64,000 bases of DNA, taken from Octopus sinensis (lineage: Eukaryota). Shown here piece after piece: positions 12,682-24,222 of this stretch. The stretch lies in contig NC_042998.1 in the NCBI RefSeq assembly GCF_006345805.1, forward strand, positions 146,878,001 through 146,942,000, read 5' to 3'. Position 1 is the first letter of the stretch; every line of letters starts with the position of its first letter. The notes beneath the pieces were generated by a model. It ran no database searches and had not been told where the DNA came from. It saw nothing but the letters and a program-made list of their open reading frames with translations. A program made the translations under genes and the position numbers.

Positions 12682-13790
12682 AAGGCAGGGAGTCGGCAGA
12701 ATCATTAGCACACTGGTCAAAATGCTTAGTGGCATTTCATTTGCCTTTATGTTCTGAGTTCAGATTCTGCTGAGGTTGACTTTGCTTTTCATTCTTTCAG
12801 GGTTGATTAAATAAGTACCAGTTAAACACTGGTATCAATGTAAGTGACTCATCCCCCACTCTAAAATTGCTGCCCTTGTAAAATTTGAAACTATTATTAA
12901 GGCAGGGAGTCGGCAGAATCATTAACACACTGGTCAAAATGCTTAGCAGCGTTTCATCTGCCTTTATGTTCTGAGTTCAAATTCTGCTGAGGTTGACTTT
13001 GCCTTTCGTCCCTTTCGGGGTAAAAAAAGAAGTATCAGTTGAGTACTTGAGTTAATGTAATTGATTTACCTACTGACCCTGTACCAAAAAAAAACCAAAA
13101 AAAACCAGGCCTGGTCCCTATAGTAGAAAGACTCTTATAGTTGAGGCAGTGATCTGGCAGAATTGTTAACATGCTGGTCAAAATACTTTGTGGTAATTCA
13201 TCTATTATAGATAGATTCTACTGAGGTCAATTTGGCCTTTCATCTTTTCAGGAGGTTGGTGAAATAAGAACCAGCTGAGTAGTGGGGTCGTTGTAGTTAA
13301 CTTAATTCCTTCTCCGAATTTGCTGGCCTTGTGCCAAAATTTAAAACTATTTTTATCATTGTTAAGGCTGTGAGCTGAAGGATTTGTTAACTTAGTGGCA
13401 TTTTGTCAGTTTTTACATTCTGAATTCAACCACTAAAGGATGGAAGGCAAAGTCGACCTCAACAGAAGTCGACTTTGCATACCATCCTTTTGTGGTTGAT
13501 AAATTAAGTACTAGTTATGCACTAGGGACTTTTGCCTCCTCAGCAAAATTTCAGGCTTTGTGCCAATAGTACAGAGTTATTACTGTGGCAAGCTGGTAGA
13601 ATCCTTACTGCATCGGACAAAATGCTCAGTGGCATTTCCTTACTTTTAGAGTTGAAATGCCACTGAGGTCAATTTTACCTTTCATACTTTGGGGTCGATA
13701 AAATAGGTACCATTTGAGCACTGGGATCGATGTAATAGACTTCTCCTTCCCCATAAAACTGCTAGCCTTGTGCCAAAATTAGGAAGACTT
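12682..13790 (+). mobile_element. Head-to-tail array of ~5 OR-type SINEs
   Basis: Units of ~200-230 bp separated by ATTATTA-type spacers; the first two share a near-identical 48-nt head. Confidence 0.8.
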
Positions 13791-14699
13791 ATGAAAAAAA
13801 AAAGGTATAGGGGAGATAACTTTTCTGAAGTAAACTGCTGAAAATATCTGAGTTACTTTCCTTGCATGTTTCTTTTAAAGGGAATTGCCTATTTTAAAGT
13901 ATAAAAGGAACCCCCTAAGAGATTATAATATTATCCGAGTATAAAAACTCCCATATTTTTAAGCCTAATTTTTGATAAAAATGAGTTCCATATACACGTT
14001 AAAATACGGTAGTTATTGTAAGGTTAAGGATGTTTTGTCTTGAGAGTGAGAGAGAGAGGGGGGTAGACAGAAAGAAAACTTGGATTTTAATCAAAACAAT
14101 CAGACCGTTCTCTTTAAATAGTTTCTAACTATAATTTTCCTACTAAATGATGCTTAAGTCGGAGAACTGTGATAGTTTTTGTTTTGATTGCTTTCTTATA
14201 ATCTTTATTCGTTGTTGCTACTTTGATAAGTCATTTTAAAGACAATACTTCCTTTTAATACAGACGAACGTATTGTTTGCTCTAACCTCAACGAAAGTTA
14301 TGAAAACCACGATACATATGTTCTTTGATATACGTATCGTTTGACAGGAAAATAATTGGTAATTGAAAATAGTCAGATATTTAAATCTCTTAAGTATTAT
14401 CTGCGTGGTTGGTGGATGGAGACATAACTTACGTTTTTAACAAAGTAGTCTTGCTTATTGAGAAGAGTTATGTAACTTCTTTTTTTTTAATTTCATGCTT
14501 ACTGTGCCTGTTTTTAAAGGAATAAGTTTTAAAATCCGCTATGTGAAACAGCAGCAGCTGTTTACATATCATACTTAGTACATCATGATAGGGATATCAC
14601 TGCGGCAATTTGTCTTGAAATAATATCTCATTTGGACGTGCAGCACACTCATATCCGGTGTATTTACACAAATGGCGAACTTTTTTGATGATTTGCTAT

Positions 14700-15270
14700 G
14701 GCCTTAGCAAGCCGTCCCAGACTGGTGATATCTATGTGGTTGGTGCTCTTCATGAATAACTGAAAGCCGACGACAAGTGGAAAAACATGAGCAGTGAGGT
14801 AACGTTAGGTGCTTGGTGGGTAAAACTGGTTAAAGCCGAGGTTAATTACAACATCGGTGAAGAGATGGGTGAACCTGATAGGGAGTGGCATGACAAGAGC
14901 CAGCAACAGGGAGCAGAAGTCATTTTAATAGCTGTAGAATACCCCGAGCAAGGAGATGTACGCCTACAGGTAGAGGTTTTTAATGTGTTGGTGGGCAACG
15001 TCATGCCAATTAACCGAATGACCCCTGTCTGCATCTATTAGGATACTTCTGTCACACCTGGGACAGTAGAGTTAACACATGTAGGGAATGGAAGTATTTT
15101 ACTGACCTCATAGAGAAGTCTTGGGATATTAGAAACCAAAGGTAATTTCGCGGTCTTGCATCTGTAGCGTATTTTGAGGGTTTTGATTGAATTTTGTTCA
15201 TGATTTTGAGCGGGTGAGTTACAAGAGTACTTCCATCATATAGGTAGCAACTGTACCTTTATGTTGTTGA
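14700..15270 (-). mobile_element. Decayed CR1/Jockey-like LINE 3' end (post-RT C-terminus)
   Basis: Frame-hopping translation gives MQTGVIRLIG..TNTL, ISLLGVFYSY*NDFCSLLLALVMP and QFYPPST*RYLTAHVFPLVVGFQLF. These resemble the IQ..AIRLI / SLFYRYY.G.CS.EL / SFIP.TS.LWN.LP..VFP C-terminal motifs of CR1/Jockey-group elements, as recalled. Confidence 0.5.
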
Positions 15271-15350
15271 AAGAAAGAACATTGATTTATCGAAATTGAT
15301 GAAATATAAAAGAAAAATTCGTTATAATGATTTCTCTGTCGGTCTGTCTA

Positions 15351-15424
<74 letters not shown>

Positions 15425-15659
15425 GCACAGACAAACAACGAATAAAAAAAGACAAACTGTCACAAAGACACCTTTATTCGTGCAATTTACAAGAATGGGT
15501 TGCTAATGGAACATAGGAATAGGACCGCGCTAAAAAATTAAATAAATATTAAATATTAAAAATGAAAAAAAAAATCCACCGCGACCCTCACGTCTTATTT
15601 TATGGAACCACAATTTATTTTTCGAATTTTTCAACCGTGACTATTTTACGTGTACGAAG

Positions 15660-15713
15660 GGTATATTGGGCTTCGTATATTTCACTTTGATGGCATGCAC
15701 TGCTCTCTCACTC
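15660..15713 (+). repeat. 3' end of ~550-bp (AAT)n-tailed interspersed repeat
   Basis: GGGTATATTGGGCTTCGTATAT..GATGGCATGCACTGCTCTCTCACTC(AAT)n; same end as the copy ending at 17840. Confidence 0.7.
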
Positions 15714-15921
15714 AATAATAATAATAATAATAGTAATAATACTATGTACAAAACCAAATATATGGCACCCAAAGCATAACACCAACATGAACTTCTAACT
15801 TGTTGTCTCTTGAGGTCTCTGGTTGAGACTTGGAGCCAACTTGTACAAATGCAAAGCAAAAGTCAAACATAAAATAATAATAATAATAACAATAATAATA
15901 ATAATTATAATAATAATAACA

Positions 15922-15950
<29 letters not shown>

Positions 15951-15954
<4 letters not shown>

Positions 15955-16410
15955 CCAGCCAAGGTACGCTACTAGCCCAGAAAGAATATAAGAGACGTAA
16001 TGACAATATAGCAGGGATTGTCTATTGGACACTTTGCAACAAGTATGGTCTTGTCAGAGAAAAAAATTGGTATGACTACAAACCCGAAGGCATCACCGAA
16101 AATGATAATGCAAAGATCCTGTGGAATTTTATGATTCAGTGCGACCATGAGATAGAAAATAGGAAGCCAGGCATAGTCTTAATTGAGAAAGAAAGTAAAC
16201 TATTCTGAATCATAGATATAGCATGCCCAGCTGACAACAAGGTATGCGATAAGGAAGAAAGAAAAGTTGATAGGTATGATAGGTTAGCTTGGGAGGTTAA
16301 GCAGTTGTGTTCGTTGAAAAAGGTGGCAGTGGTACCAATGATTGTCGGAGTCTTGAGAACTGGGTAAAAATCTTGAGAAGTACATGGAACATCTCACGCA
16401 TTAGAAGCTG
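15951..16410 (+). mobile_element. R4/Dong-clade LINE fragment: restriction-like endonuclease region fused to 3' end
   Basis: LLAQKEYKRRNDNIA..ILWNFMIQCDHEIENRKPG..IIDIACP..RYDRL..VPMIVG (RHD/PD..D RLE signature, degenerate). Ends TTAGAAGCTGTGCAAAGG then (AAT)n; both flanks are (AAT/ATT)n. Confidence 0.85.
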
Positions 16411-16420
16411 TGCAAAGGTA

Positions 16421-16457
<37 letters not shown>

Positions 16458-16992
16458 CCGTGATACAGTACCATGCAGTGGCTCTCATAGCTTCTGATCT
16501 TAACTGATTGAAAGTGTTGTCCTGTACATTGCTTTGTCTTGGTATAAAAGTTGGGCTACGGCAAATATTTTGCTCAATACCACAGATTTGTTTGTCAGTC
16601 GTTTGACTTTAACCAGTTGAGCATGTCCCTTAGTGGTTGACGATGTGTGCTTCTCTGATCCCGATCAGAAGTAGTGGGGAAGCATCATAGCCATGTTTTG
16701 AGAGGAATCTTTGGGGTTTGAATAATTCATATTTGGAAACATGGGTGTTTTGTTCATCATCCTTAAACAACCCTTATTCAGGGACCTTTTGAGTGGGATG
16801 GGTTACTCGACCTGAAGAAAATTCTAACTGGGCCCCACCTGCAAGGACGTGCTGTTTATCTTGATATGAGATCACTATATTGCACACATATGGTTGTGGT
16901 GCATGTGCCCAGTGTACCCTTATTAGATGGGTAATCATAATAGGTATACTGGGCTTCGTATATTTTACCCCGGTGTAAACATCCTTTTCATT

Positions 16993-17000
<8 letters not shown>
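16458..17000 (+). repeat. ~550-bp interspersed repeat between (AAT)n tracts (LINE 3'UTR or non-autonomous partner)
   Basis: Homologous to 17050-17840; no ORF; (AAT)n on both sides. Confidence 0.7.
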
Positions 17001-17048
<48 letters not shown>

Positions 17049-17049
17049 T

Positions 17050-17839
17050 AAAATGCACTGATACAGTACCAGGCACTGACTCTCGTGGCTTCTCCTCTTA
17101 ACTGACTGGAAGTGATATCATGTCGTTTTGTCTTGGTATAAAAGATTGGCAAAGGCGGCGAGCTGGCAGAAACGTTAGCACGCCGGGCGAAATGCGTAGC
17201 TGTATTTCGTCTGTCGTTACGTTGTGAGGTCAAATTCCGCCGAGGTTGAGTTTGCCTTTCATCCTTTCGGGGTCGATAAAGTAAGTACCAGTTACGCACT
17301 GGGGTCGATCTAATCGACTTAATACCAATGTCTGTCCTTGTTTGTCCCATCTATGTTTAGCCCATTGTGGGTAATAAAGAAATAGGTATAAAAGATTGGC
17401 TATAGCAAATATTTTACGCAATACCACAGATCTGCATGTCAGTTGTTTGACCATAACCTGTTGAGCAGGCCCTTTGGTGGTTGACGATATGTGCAGTTCT
17501 GATCACGTGCAGAACTAATGGGGAAGCGCTATGTGTTGAGAGGAATTCTTTGGCGCTTGAATAATTCACTTCTGGAAACATGGGTGTTTCATTCAACATC
17601 CTTAAACAACTCTTAGTCAAGGATCAGTTGGGCGGGATGGGTTACTCAACCCGAAGAATGCTCTAACTGAGTCCCTCCTGCAAAGTCATGCGCTGTTTAT
17701 CTTGTTATGAGATCACCATGTCACGCATGGCTGTGATGCATGTGTCTGGCATACCCTTATCAGACGGAGAGTCATGATGGGTATATTGGGCTTCGTATAT
17801 TTGACCCTAGTGTCACTGTGATGGCATGCTCTCTCACCC

Positions 17840-17840
<1 letters not shown>
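17050..17840 (+). repeat. Second copy of the ~550-bp repeat, interrupted by a SINE
   Basis: Colinear with 16458-17000 apart from the insertion at 17151-17384; ends CTCTCTCACCC(AAT)n. Confidence 0.75.
17151..17384 (+). mobile_element. Young OR-type SINE with 16-bp target-site duplication
   Basis: AAAGGCGGCGAGCTGGCAGAA.. flanked by GGTATAAAAGATTGGC at 17135-17150 and 17385-17400. Confidence 0.9.
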
Positions 17841-17886
<46 letters not shown>

Positions 17887-18374
17887 GAAGAAGAAGAAGA
17901 AGAAGAGAAGAAGAAGAAGAAGAAGAATGATGGTGATGATGATGATGATGATAATAATTCTTTCTACTATAGGCACAACGCCTGAAATTATCCTCCTCCT
18001 CCTCCTCATCATCATCATCGTCGTCGTCCTCGTTGTTGTTGTTATGTTTTAGACTAATATAGCTATGTTTCCCTATTTATATACTCTTCTCCCATACTCG
18101 TTGTAGCATATTCATAGCAATACCTCAATGTTTACTTGTTCGCCTGTTTAAATATTTATAAATCAGTGAATGTGCAAATATTAACTGTTAAATTACACCC
18201 CATCCCTCCTAATTTCATAACCACATAGAAGACGTGTCATTACGTCTTAAGGTTACAACAACTGTCACATTTTTCTCTACAAATCCTGAATTTATAGATT
18301 CAAATGTCTGCTGAGAGTTTGTAAATATTCTTCACTGTGGGAGCACTGAACTCGTGAAACCACTAGTTGCAATA

Positions 18375-18850
<476 letters not shown>

Positions 18851-18869
18851 AATATTCATATATATTATC

Positions 18870-19260
18870 TTATTCTTTTGTTTCTGTCATTTGACTACGG
18901 CCATGCTGGAGCATCGCGTTACGGGTTTTAGTCGAACAAATCGACCTAAGACTTATTTTTTAAGCCTGGTACTTATTCTATCACATTTCTTTTTTTGCTG
19001 AACCGCTGCTAGTTACTGGGATGTAAACACACCAGCACCGGTTGTCAAGCACTGATGGGGCGACACTCACAGACACAAAGAGACATACACATAGCTACAT
19101 ACATACACACACACACACGCACACATACCACAGGTTTTTTTCAGTTGCCGTCTACTAAATCCACTCACACGGCTTTGGTCAGCCCGAGGTAATAGTAAAA
19201 GACACTTGACCAAGGTACCACGCAGTGGGACCAAACTCGGAACCATACATATTGTTGGGA
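18870..19260 (-). mobile_element. OK-type SINE
   Basis: Reverse complement of OK SINE (GTCATTTGACTACGGCCATGCTGGAGC..AAATCCACTCAC..CAGTGGGACC). Confidence 0.85.
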
Positions 19261-19274
19261 AGTATATATATATA

Positions 19275-19646
19275 TATATAGAAAATAGTAAAGAGTGAAA
19301 AAACTACAGAAGGCTTAAATGTTAAAAAATATATATATTTGCGTCAATATGTCTGAAGAATATTAGAAAATTAAAAAAAAAATTTTTTTCTCTTATAATG
19401 ACATAATTTAAAAGAAAGACCGGTTTCGCGTGTAGCTTTTCAAATTTCTTACACGCAAAACCGGTCTTTCTTTTAAATTATGTCATTATAAGAGAAAAAA
19501 AATTAAAAAAAAAATTTTGTAATATTCTTCAGACATATTGACTCAAATATATATATTTTTTAACATTTAAGCCTTCTGTAGTTTTTTCACTCTTTACTAT
19601 TTTCTATATATTCACCCACGTGCTTTCACAAACCAACTTTCTTATC
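19275..19646. mobile_element. Solo fold-back terminal repeat of the Penelope family at 51.7-57.4 kb
   Basis: ~160-bp inverted arms (19275-19434 / 19450-19610), 15-nt loop, plus a tail to 19646. Closely matches 55645-55873 and 57221-57445; embedded in (TA)n. Confidence 0.9.
19412..19450 (-). ncRNA. Hammerhead-like motif, U3-A8 core
   Basis: AAGAAAT TTGAAAA GC TACAC GC GAAA CCGG TC TTTCTT. Confidence 0.55.
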
Positions 19647-20010
19647 TATCTATATATATATATAGTTCATAGATGAAAATAATATATTTTCCGTATAGAA
19701 TACACTTATAGTGCTCGAGAGGTTTAAACTTGAGCGGGTAGGGAGATAAATGTAAGGATAAGCATGTTAGGCAGATCAATGTACAAAGTATGTTAAATAC
19801 ATGAAATACAAAAAAATGTATCTATGTTTACATAGAGAAAGGTCTGACTTACACAGAATAGAAATGGTATCAAGAGTTAAAGAGGTTGAAGAAAAGTATT
19901 ACCAATATATTTATATATACGTATATACATACATACGTGTGTGTGTGTGTGTGGGGGGGTGCGCGTGTGTATAAAACTGAATTTCTGTCTGTTTGTTTGT
20001 TTGTTTGTCA

Positions 20011-20146
20011 GTCAAAATGAAAGTAAAAACAGAAAATCTGTAGGAGTAGTCTCATACTGGTTCAGATTCGAAACTCTCTGTCAAAATGAAAGTTAAGATA
20101 GTAAATCTGTTGGAGTAGTCTCACTCTGGTTCAGATTCAAAACTGA
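20011..20146 (+). repeat. Two tandem 69-bp repeats near the Helitron 5' end
   Basis: GTCAAAATGAAAGT..AAATCTGT.GGAGTAGTCTCA..CTGGTTCAGATTC.AAACT at 20011 and 20080. Confidence 0.85.
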
Positions 20147-22716
20147 GCATTTCAATTCTCCTTGAGAATACGGTTTATCAAGTTAAACAATACCAATTAA
20201 GGAGATATATAAGCAATAATGAGGTCTTCTGGCGCATAATTGGATTCCTAATCCACGAAAGGCACCCAGCCATTCAACAACTTTCTATGCATTTAGAAAA
20301 TGGTCAAAGGGTTTACTTCACTGCTGAGACAGCTGCAAATCAAGTTCCAAATCCAAAATATAGCACTTTAACAGCTTTTTTTCAATATTTGTAGGGAGGA
20401 CAACTTTGCAAAAACGCTGCTATATCATGAGCAACAAAAATGCTGCTATATCATGAGCAGCAAAAACGCTGCTATATCTTATTACACATAGAGTAATAAT
20501 AAATGGAAAACGACGCAAAATAGGCACAAAGGTTCAAAGTCATTCTGGGATTAAGTTTGGTACAACAATTAGTAGAGTATACACTGTACATCCTAACGAA
20601 AATGAATGCTTTCATCTCAGAATGCTTCTTCATGTAAAAAAAGGACCAATTTCATGGAAAGTTTGAAAGAAGTTGATGGCTAGGTTTGCAGGACATATCG
20701 AGAAGCGTATTTGAAGTTGCTTGTAAATGATCAGTAATGGGAAGCAACACTGGAAGAAGCTTCAATATAAAAAACACCAGAGAATTTAAGCGGTCTTTTT
20801 GCTATTATTCTTAAAAATTGTGAAGTAAGTAATTCTGTTGAACAGTGGAATAAGTTCAGAAATGATTTTGCAGAAGATTTCAAGCACCAAGTTCAGCTGA
20901 GTAATCCTGAGCAAGATACTGGTTTCACTGATGCTATATCCAATGCGGCTTTGATTGAAATAGAAATTCAAATTGTTTCGATAGGAGGTGGGCCTATAGA
21001 AAATTTAGGTTTCCTACTAACTAATAGAGAGGATCTTAGCAGTCTGTCCACAGTGAAATAATGAGGGAAATTTCCTATGATATGGAGGAACTGACCATCT
21101 ACCTAAATAATAATCTTCCCAAGCTTCTACCTGCATATTCCACTGTCATAGTGGAATATGCAGGTATTAGCAGTAACATAGGAAGACTTTATTTCTTACA
21201 TGCTCCAGGAGGTACTGGGAAAACATTTGTAATTAAGTTCCTCCAGGATAAAGTTCGTAAAAAAAAAAAAGCTTTATCTACTGCTACTTCTGGGATTGCA
21301 GCAACATTACTACCCGGAGGTCGGACTGCCCATTCAACATTCAAGTTACCTTCAGATTTATCTCACAAAGAAGATCCAGTTTGTAATATATCTAAAAATT
21401 CTGGAATGGGTTAACTAATACAAAGATGTCACTTAACTGTCTGGGACGAATGTACCATGGCCCACAAAAATGCTTTTGAAGCTATGGACTAAACATTATG
21501 AGATATTAAAAGTTTTAATTCCATGATAGGAAATGTCACAGTATTATTATCAGGAGGCTTTCGACAAACACTATCAGTTGTTCGGAGAGGAACAAAAGTG
21601 AATGTGCTCAATGCTTCGATAAAGTCTTCTGTATTATGGCACCATGTAAAAACACTTCAGCTTTCGACAAATATGATATCGATGCTTTCAAGAGATCGAT
21701 CAGCGGAACTATTTGCAAGCCAGCTTTTGAAACTCAGTGAAGAGGAAGTTGCAATTGATGAGGAACAGTTTCTTAAACTCAATCCAATATGTAATTCAGG
21801 TGAAATCTTTCCGAATCTTCTTCATAATATACAACAATACAGATTGGATCTGTGAGCGAGCTATCCTGGCTCCAAAAACGTTGTTGTAAATAGCATTAAT
21901 AATATGCTATTGAATAAACTTCCGGGAGAAGTATACACTTATAACTCAATTGACAGTGTTGTTGATGATCAGGATAGTATTAACTACTCCATCGAATTTT
22001 TGAACTCACTAAACCACCAGGTACAGCTCCTCATTGTCTTCAGCTGAAGAAAAGGACTCCTATTTATGCTATTGCGCAATTTGTCTCAACCAAAATTATG
22101 CAATGGTACAACACTAATTGTGCACAAACTTTTAAGGAAATGCATTGAGGCAAATATTCCCACTGGTTGTGGTAAAAGTGAGTTCGTCCTCATTCCTCGC
22201 ATGCCAGTAATACCATCTAATATCCCATTCCAATTTAAACGGTTACAGTTTCCTATCCAAGTTTCTTTTGCCATGAGCATTAATAAAATTAGGGCTAAAC
22301 ACTAAAAATTACTGGATTGCAACTTGAAGAACCACGCTTTTCACATAGTCAACTTTACGTAGAGGTATCACGTGTGGGAGCAAAAGCAAATCTTTTTTGC
22401 TTATGTACCCCGAAATAGGACAAAAAAAAACCATTATTTATAAAGAAATATTCACTCTTAATGCAACATGGATATTTCAAGAACTTAATTTGCCATTATT
22501 GTCATTGCTTTCAAGAATGAGTAAATTAACTATTTAAATGAAGTGCATTATATAATTGCTATTAGTGTATTGATAAATGAAATAACATATACAACTCACT
22601 TATTACTGTCATATAATAAGTAAACAGAAGTTCGTGTATGTGATTGATCTTTTTCTACTTCAATTATTACATGTTTCTCTCTTATAAAATACACATATAT
22701 AGGAGGAATAAATTAT

Positions 22717-22872
22717 AGGAGTGGCTGTGTGGTAAGTAGCATGCTTACCAACCATATGGTTCCGGGTTTAGTCCCACTGCGTAGCACCTTGGGCAAGTGT
22801 CTTCTACTATAGCCTCGGGCCGACCAAAGCTTTATGAGTGGATTTGGCAGACGGAAATTGAAGGCGGCTGTC

Positions 22873-22958
<86 letters not shown>

Positions 22959-23134
22959 GTGTGTGTTTGTGTGTCTGTGTTTGTCCCTCCACCATCGCTT
23001 GACAACCGATGTTGGTGTGTTTACGTCCCCGTAACTTAGCGGTTACAAAGAATAAGTCCTGGGGCCGATTTGATCAACTAAAGGTGGTGCTTCAGCATGG
23101 CCGTAGTCAAATGACTGAAACAAATAAAAGAATA
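22717..23134 (+). mobile_element. OK-type SINE inserted in the Helitron 3' region
   Basis: Full head, (TA)n(TG)n centre and tail. Confidence 0.9.
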
Positions 23135-23195
23135 ACACTTTGAATGTGGCTCCCGAGAAAGAGTAAACGACGGGTATTACTGCTAGTATATGTAT

Positions 23196-23330
23196 ACAGG
23201 CATACCTCGGCTTAACTCGTTTCGATTTAAGTCGTTCTCGATTATACGTCGGTTTTCAAAAATAATGTATGGAAAAATAAAAATCAAGTTAAGTCATTTT
23301 ACTCGACTTTACATCTGTCCGCCATAAATA
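23196..23330 (+). mobile_element. Possible pogo/Tigger-like MITE end
   Basis: TA|CAGGCATACCTCGG.. resembles Tigger-type termini; no matching right end found. Confidence 0.3.
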
Positions 23331-23488
23331 TTGGAATCGTAAAATCACTAGAAAACCGTTAAACGCACATAAAATCATGTTACTGAGTAAGTAAGAATAA
23401 AATCATATTAAAATACGTACAGTAAATGTTAAAATACACACCATAAAGTAGTCTAGCTTAGAGAACGAAACCATGAAATCAGCTGTGT

Positions 23489-23539
<51 letters not shown>

Positions 23540-24222
23540 AACTGAGGAGTTAGTCATAATTTCCCATACACACAGACACACACAAACACACACACACACA
23601 CACACACACATGTGTCAGGTCTCCGCTTGGAGCTACTGGTAACATGTAACCCAGTACAACCTGTTACACGGTCGGGTCGTTGGCGACTAAACTGGCAAAA
23701 CCCCACCAAGATTTCTTGGTGAGGAGGGTGATTTGGACACCCAGCAGGACTAAAAACAAAACCTGTCAAAGGGCAGAGGAACTCTCTCATGAGTCAATGG
23801 CCATCCAAAAACCTACATAAATCCGGAGTGGAGCCCCTAAGGCGGTTGGATTGCGCCATGCGTGCCACCTTCCGGCAGCTCCTGCATCCTGGTCTACCCC
23901 CAGCCGTCTTGACTTTGTCTTGCCACTGGATCCGGCGCACCAGGACGAGAGAGTGAGGCTGATCCTGCGCAAGTCACCCTCACTATAATCCAAGTCACGT
24001 GCACGTCATGACATCATGACACCAACATCACAAAGTCCTGTGGCGATGGGGAAACGGCGAAGTAGCAGGTGAGGATACACTGGGAGCTGCAGTCGTGAAC
24101 CCACACACAGGTGGCTCAGGACATGTGGTCGCCCCTCACTGAACTGAGGCAGCAGTGGAGTCCGGCAACCTCCTGAGTGACCGAGCAGCCCTCTTCAGGA
24201 TCGCTCTGCTCGTCTCCGCAGC

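Larger units (their letters stand above)
19970..23186 (+). mobile_element. Internally deleted Helitron (Pif1-like helicase remnant, Rep largely missing)
   Basis: RYISNNEVFWR..HERHPAIQQLSMHLENGQRVYFT; Walker A APGGTGKT; SGIAATLLPGGRTAHSTFKLP; WDECTM; LRNLSQPKLCNGT; FAMSINK. The 3' end has CCCG/CGGG (23152-23174) then CTAG|T at 23183-23186. Many stops and frameshifts. Confidence 0.9.

Noticed and set aside
12682-13790. Regularly spaced repeats superficially like a CRISPR array
   Set aside because: Eukaryotic context, ~220-bp diverged SINE units, no unique spacers and no cas genes.
14787-15041. 84-aa + strand ORF (MSSEVTLGAWW..) that looks protein-like
   Set aside because: The opposite strand matches CR1/Jockey C-terminal motifs, so this is most likely an antisense shadow ORF.
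23611-24222. Possible HDV-like ribozyme in the RTE 5'UTR (known for many RTEs)
   Set aside because: Could not assemble P1/P1.1/P2/P3 pairings by eye; needs a descriptor search.
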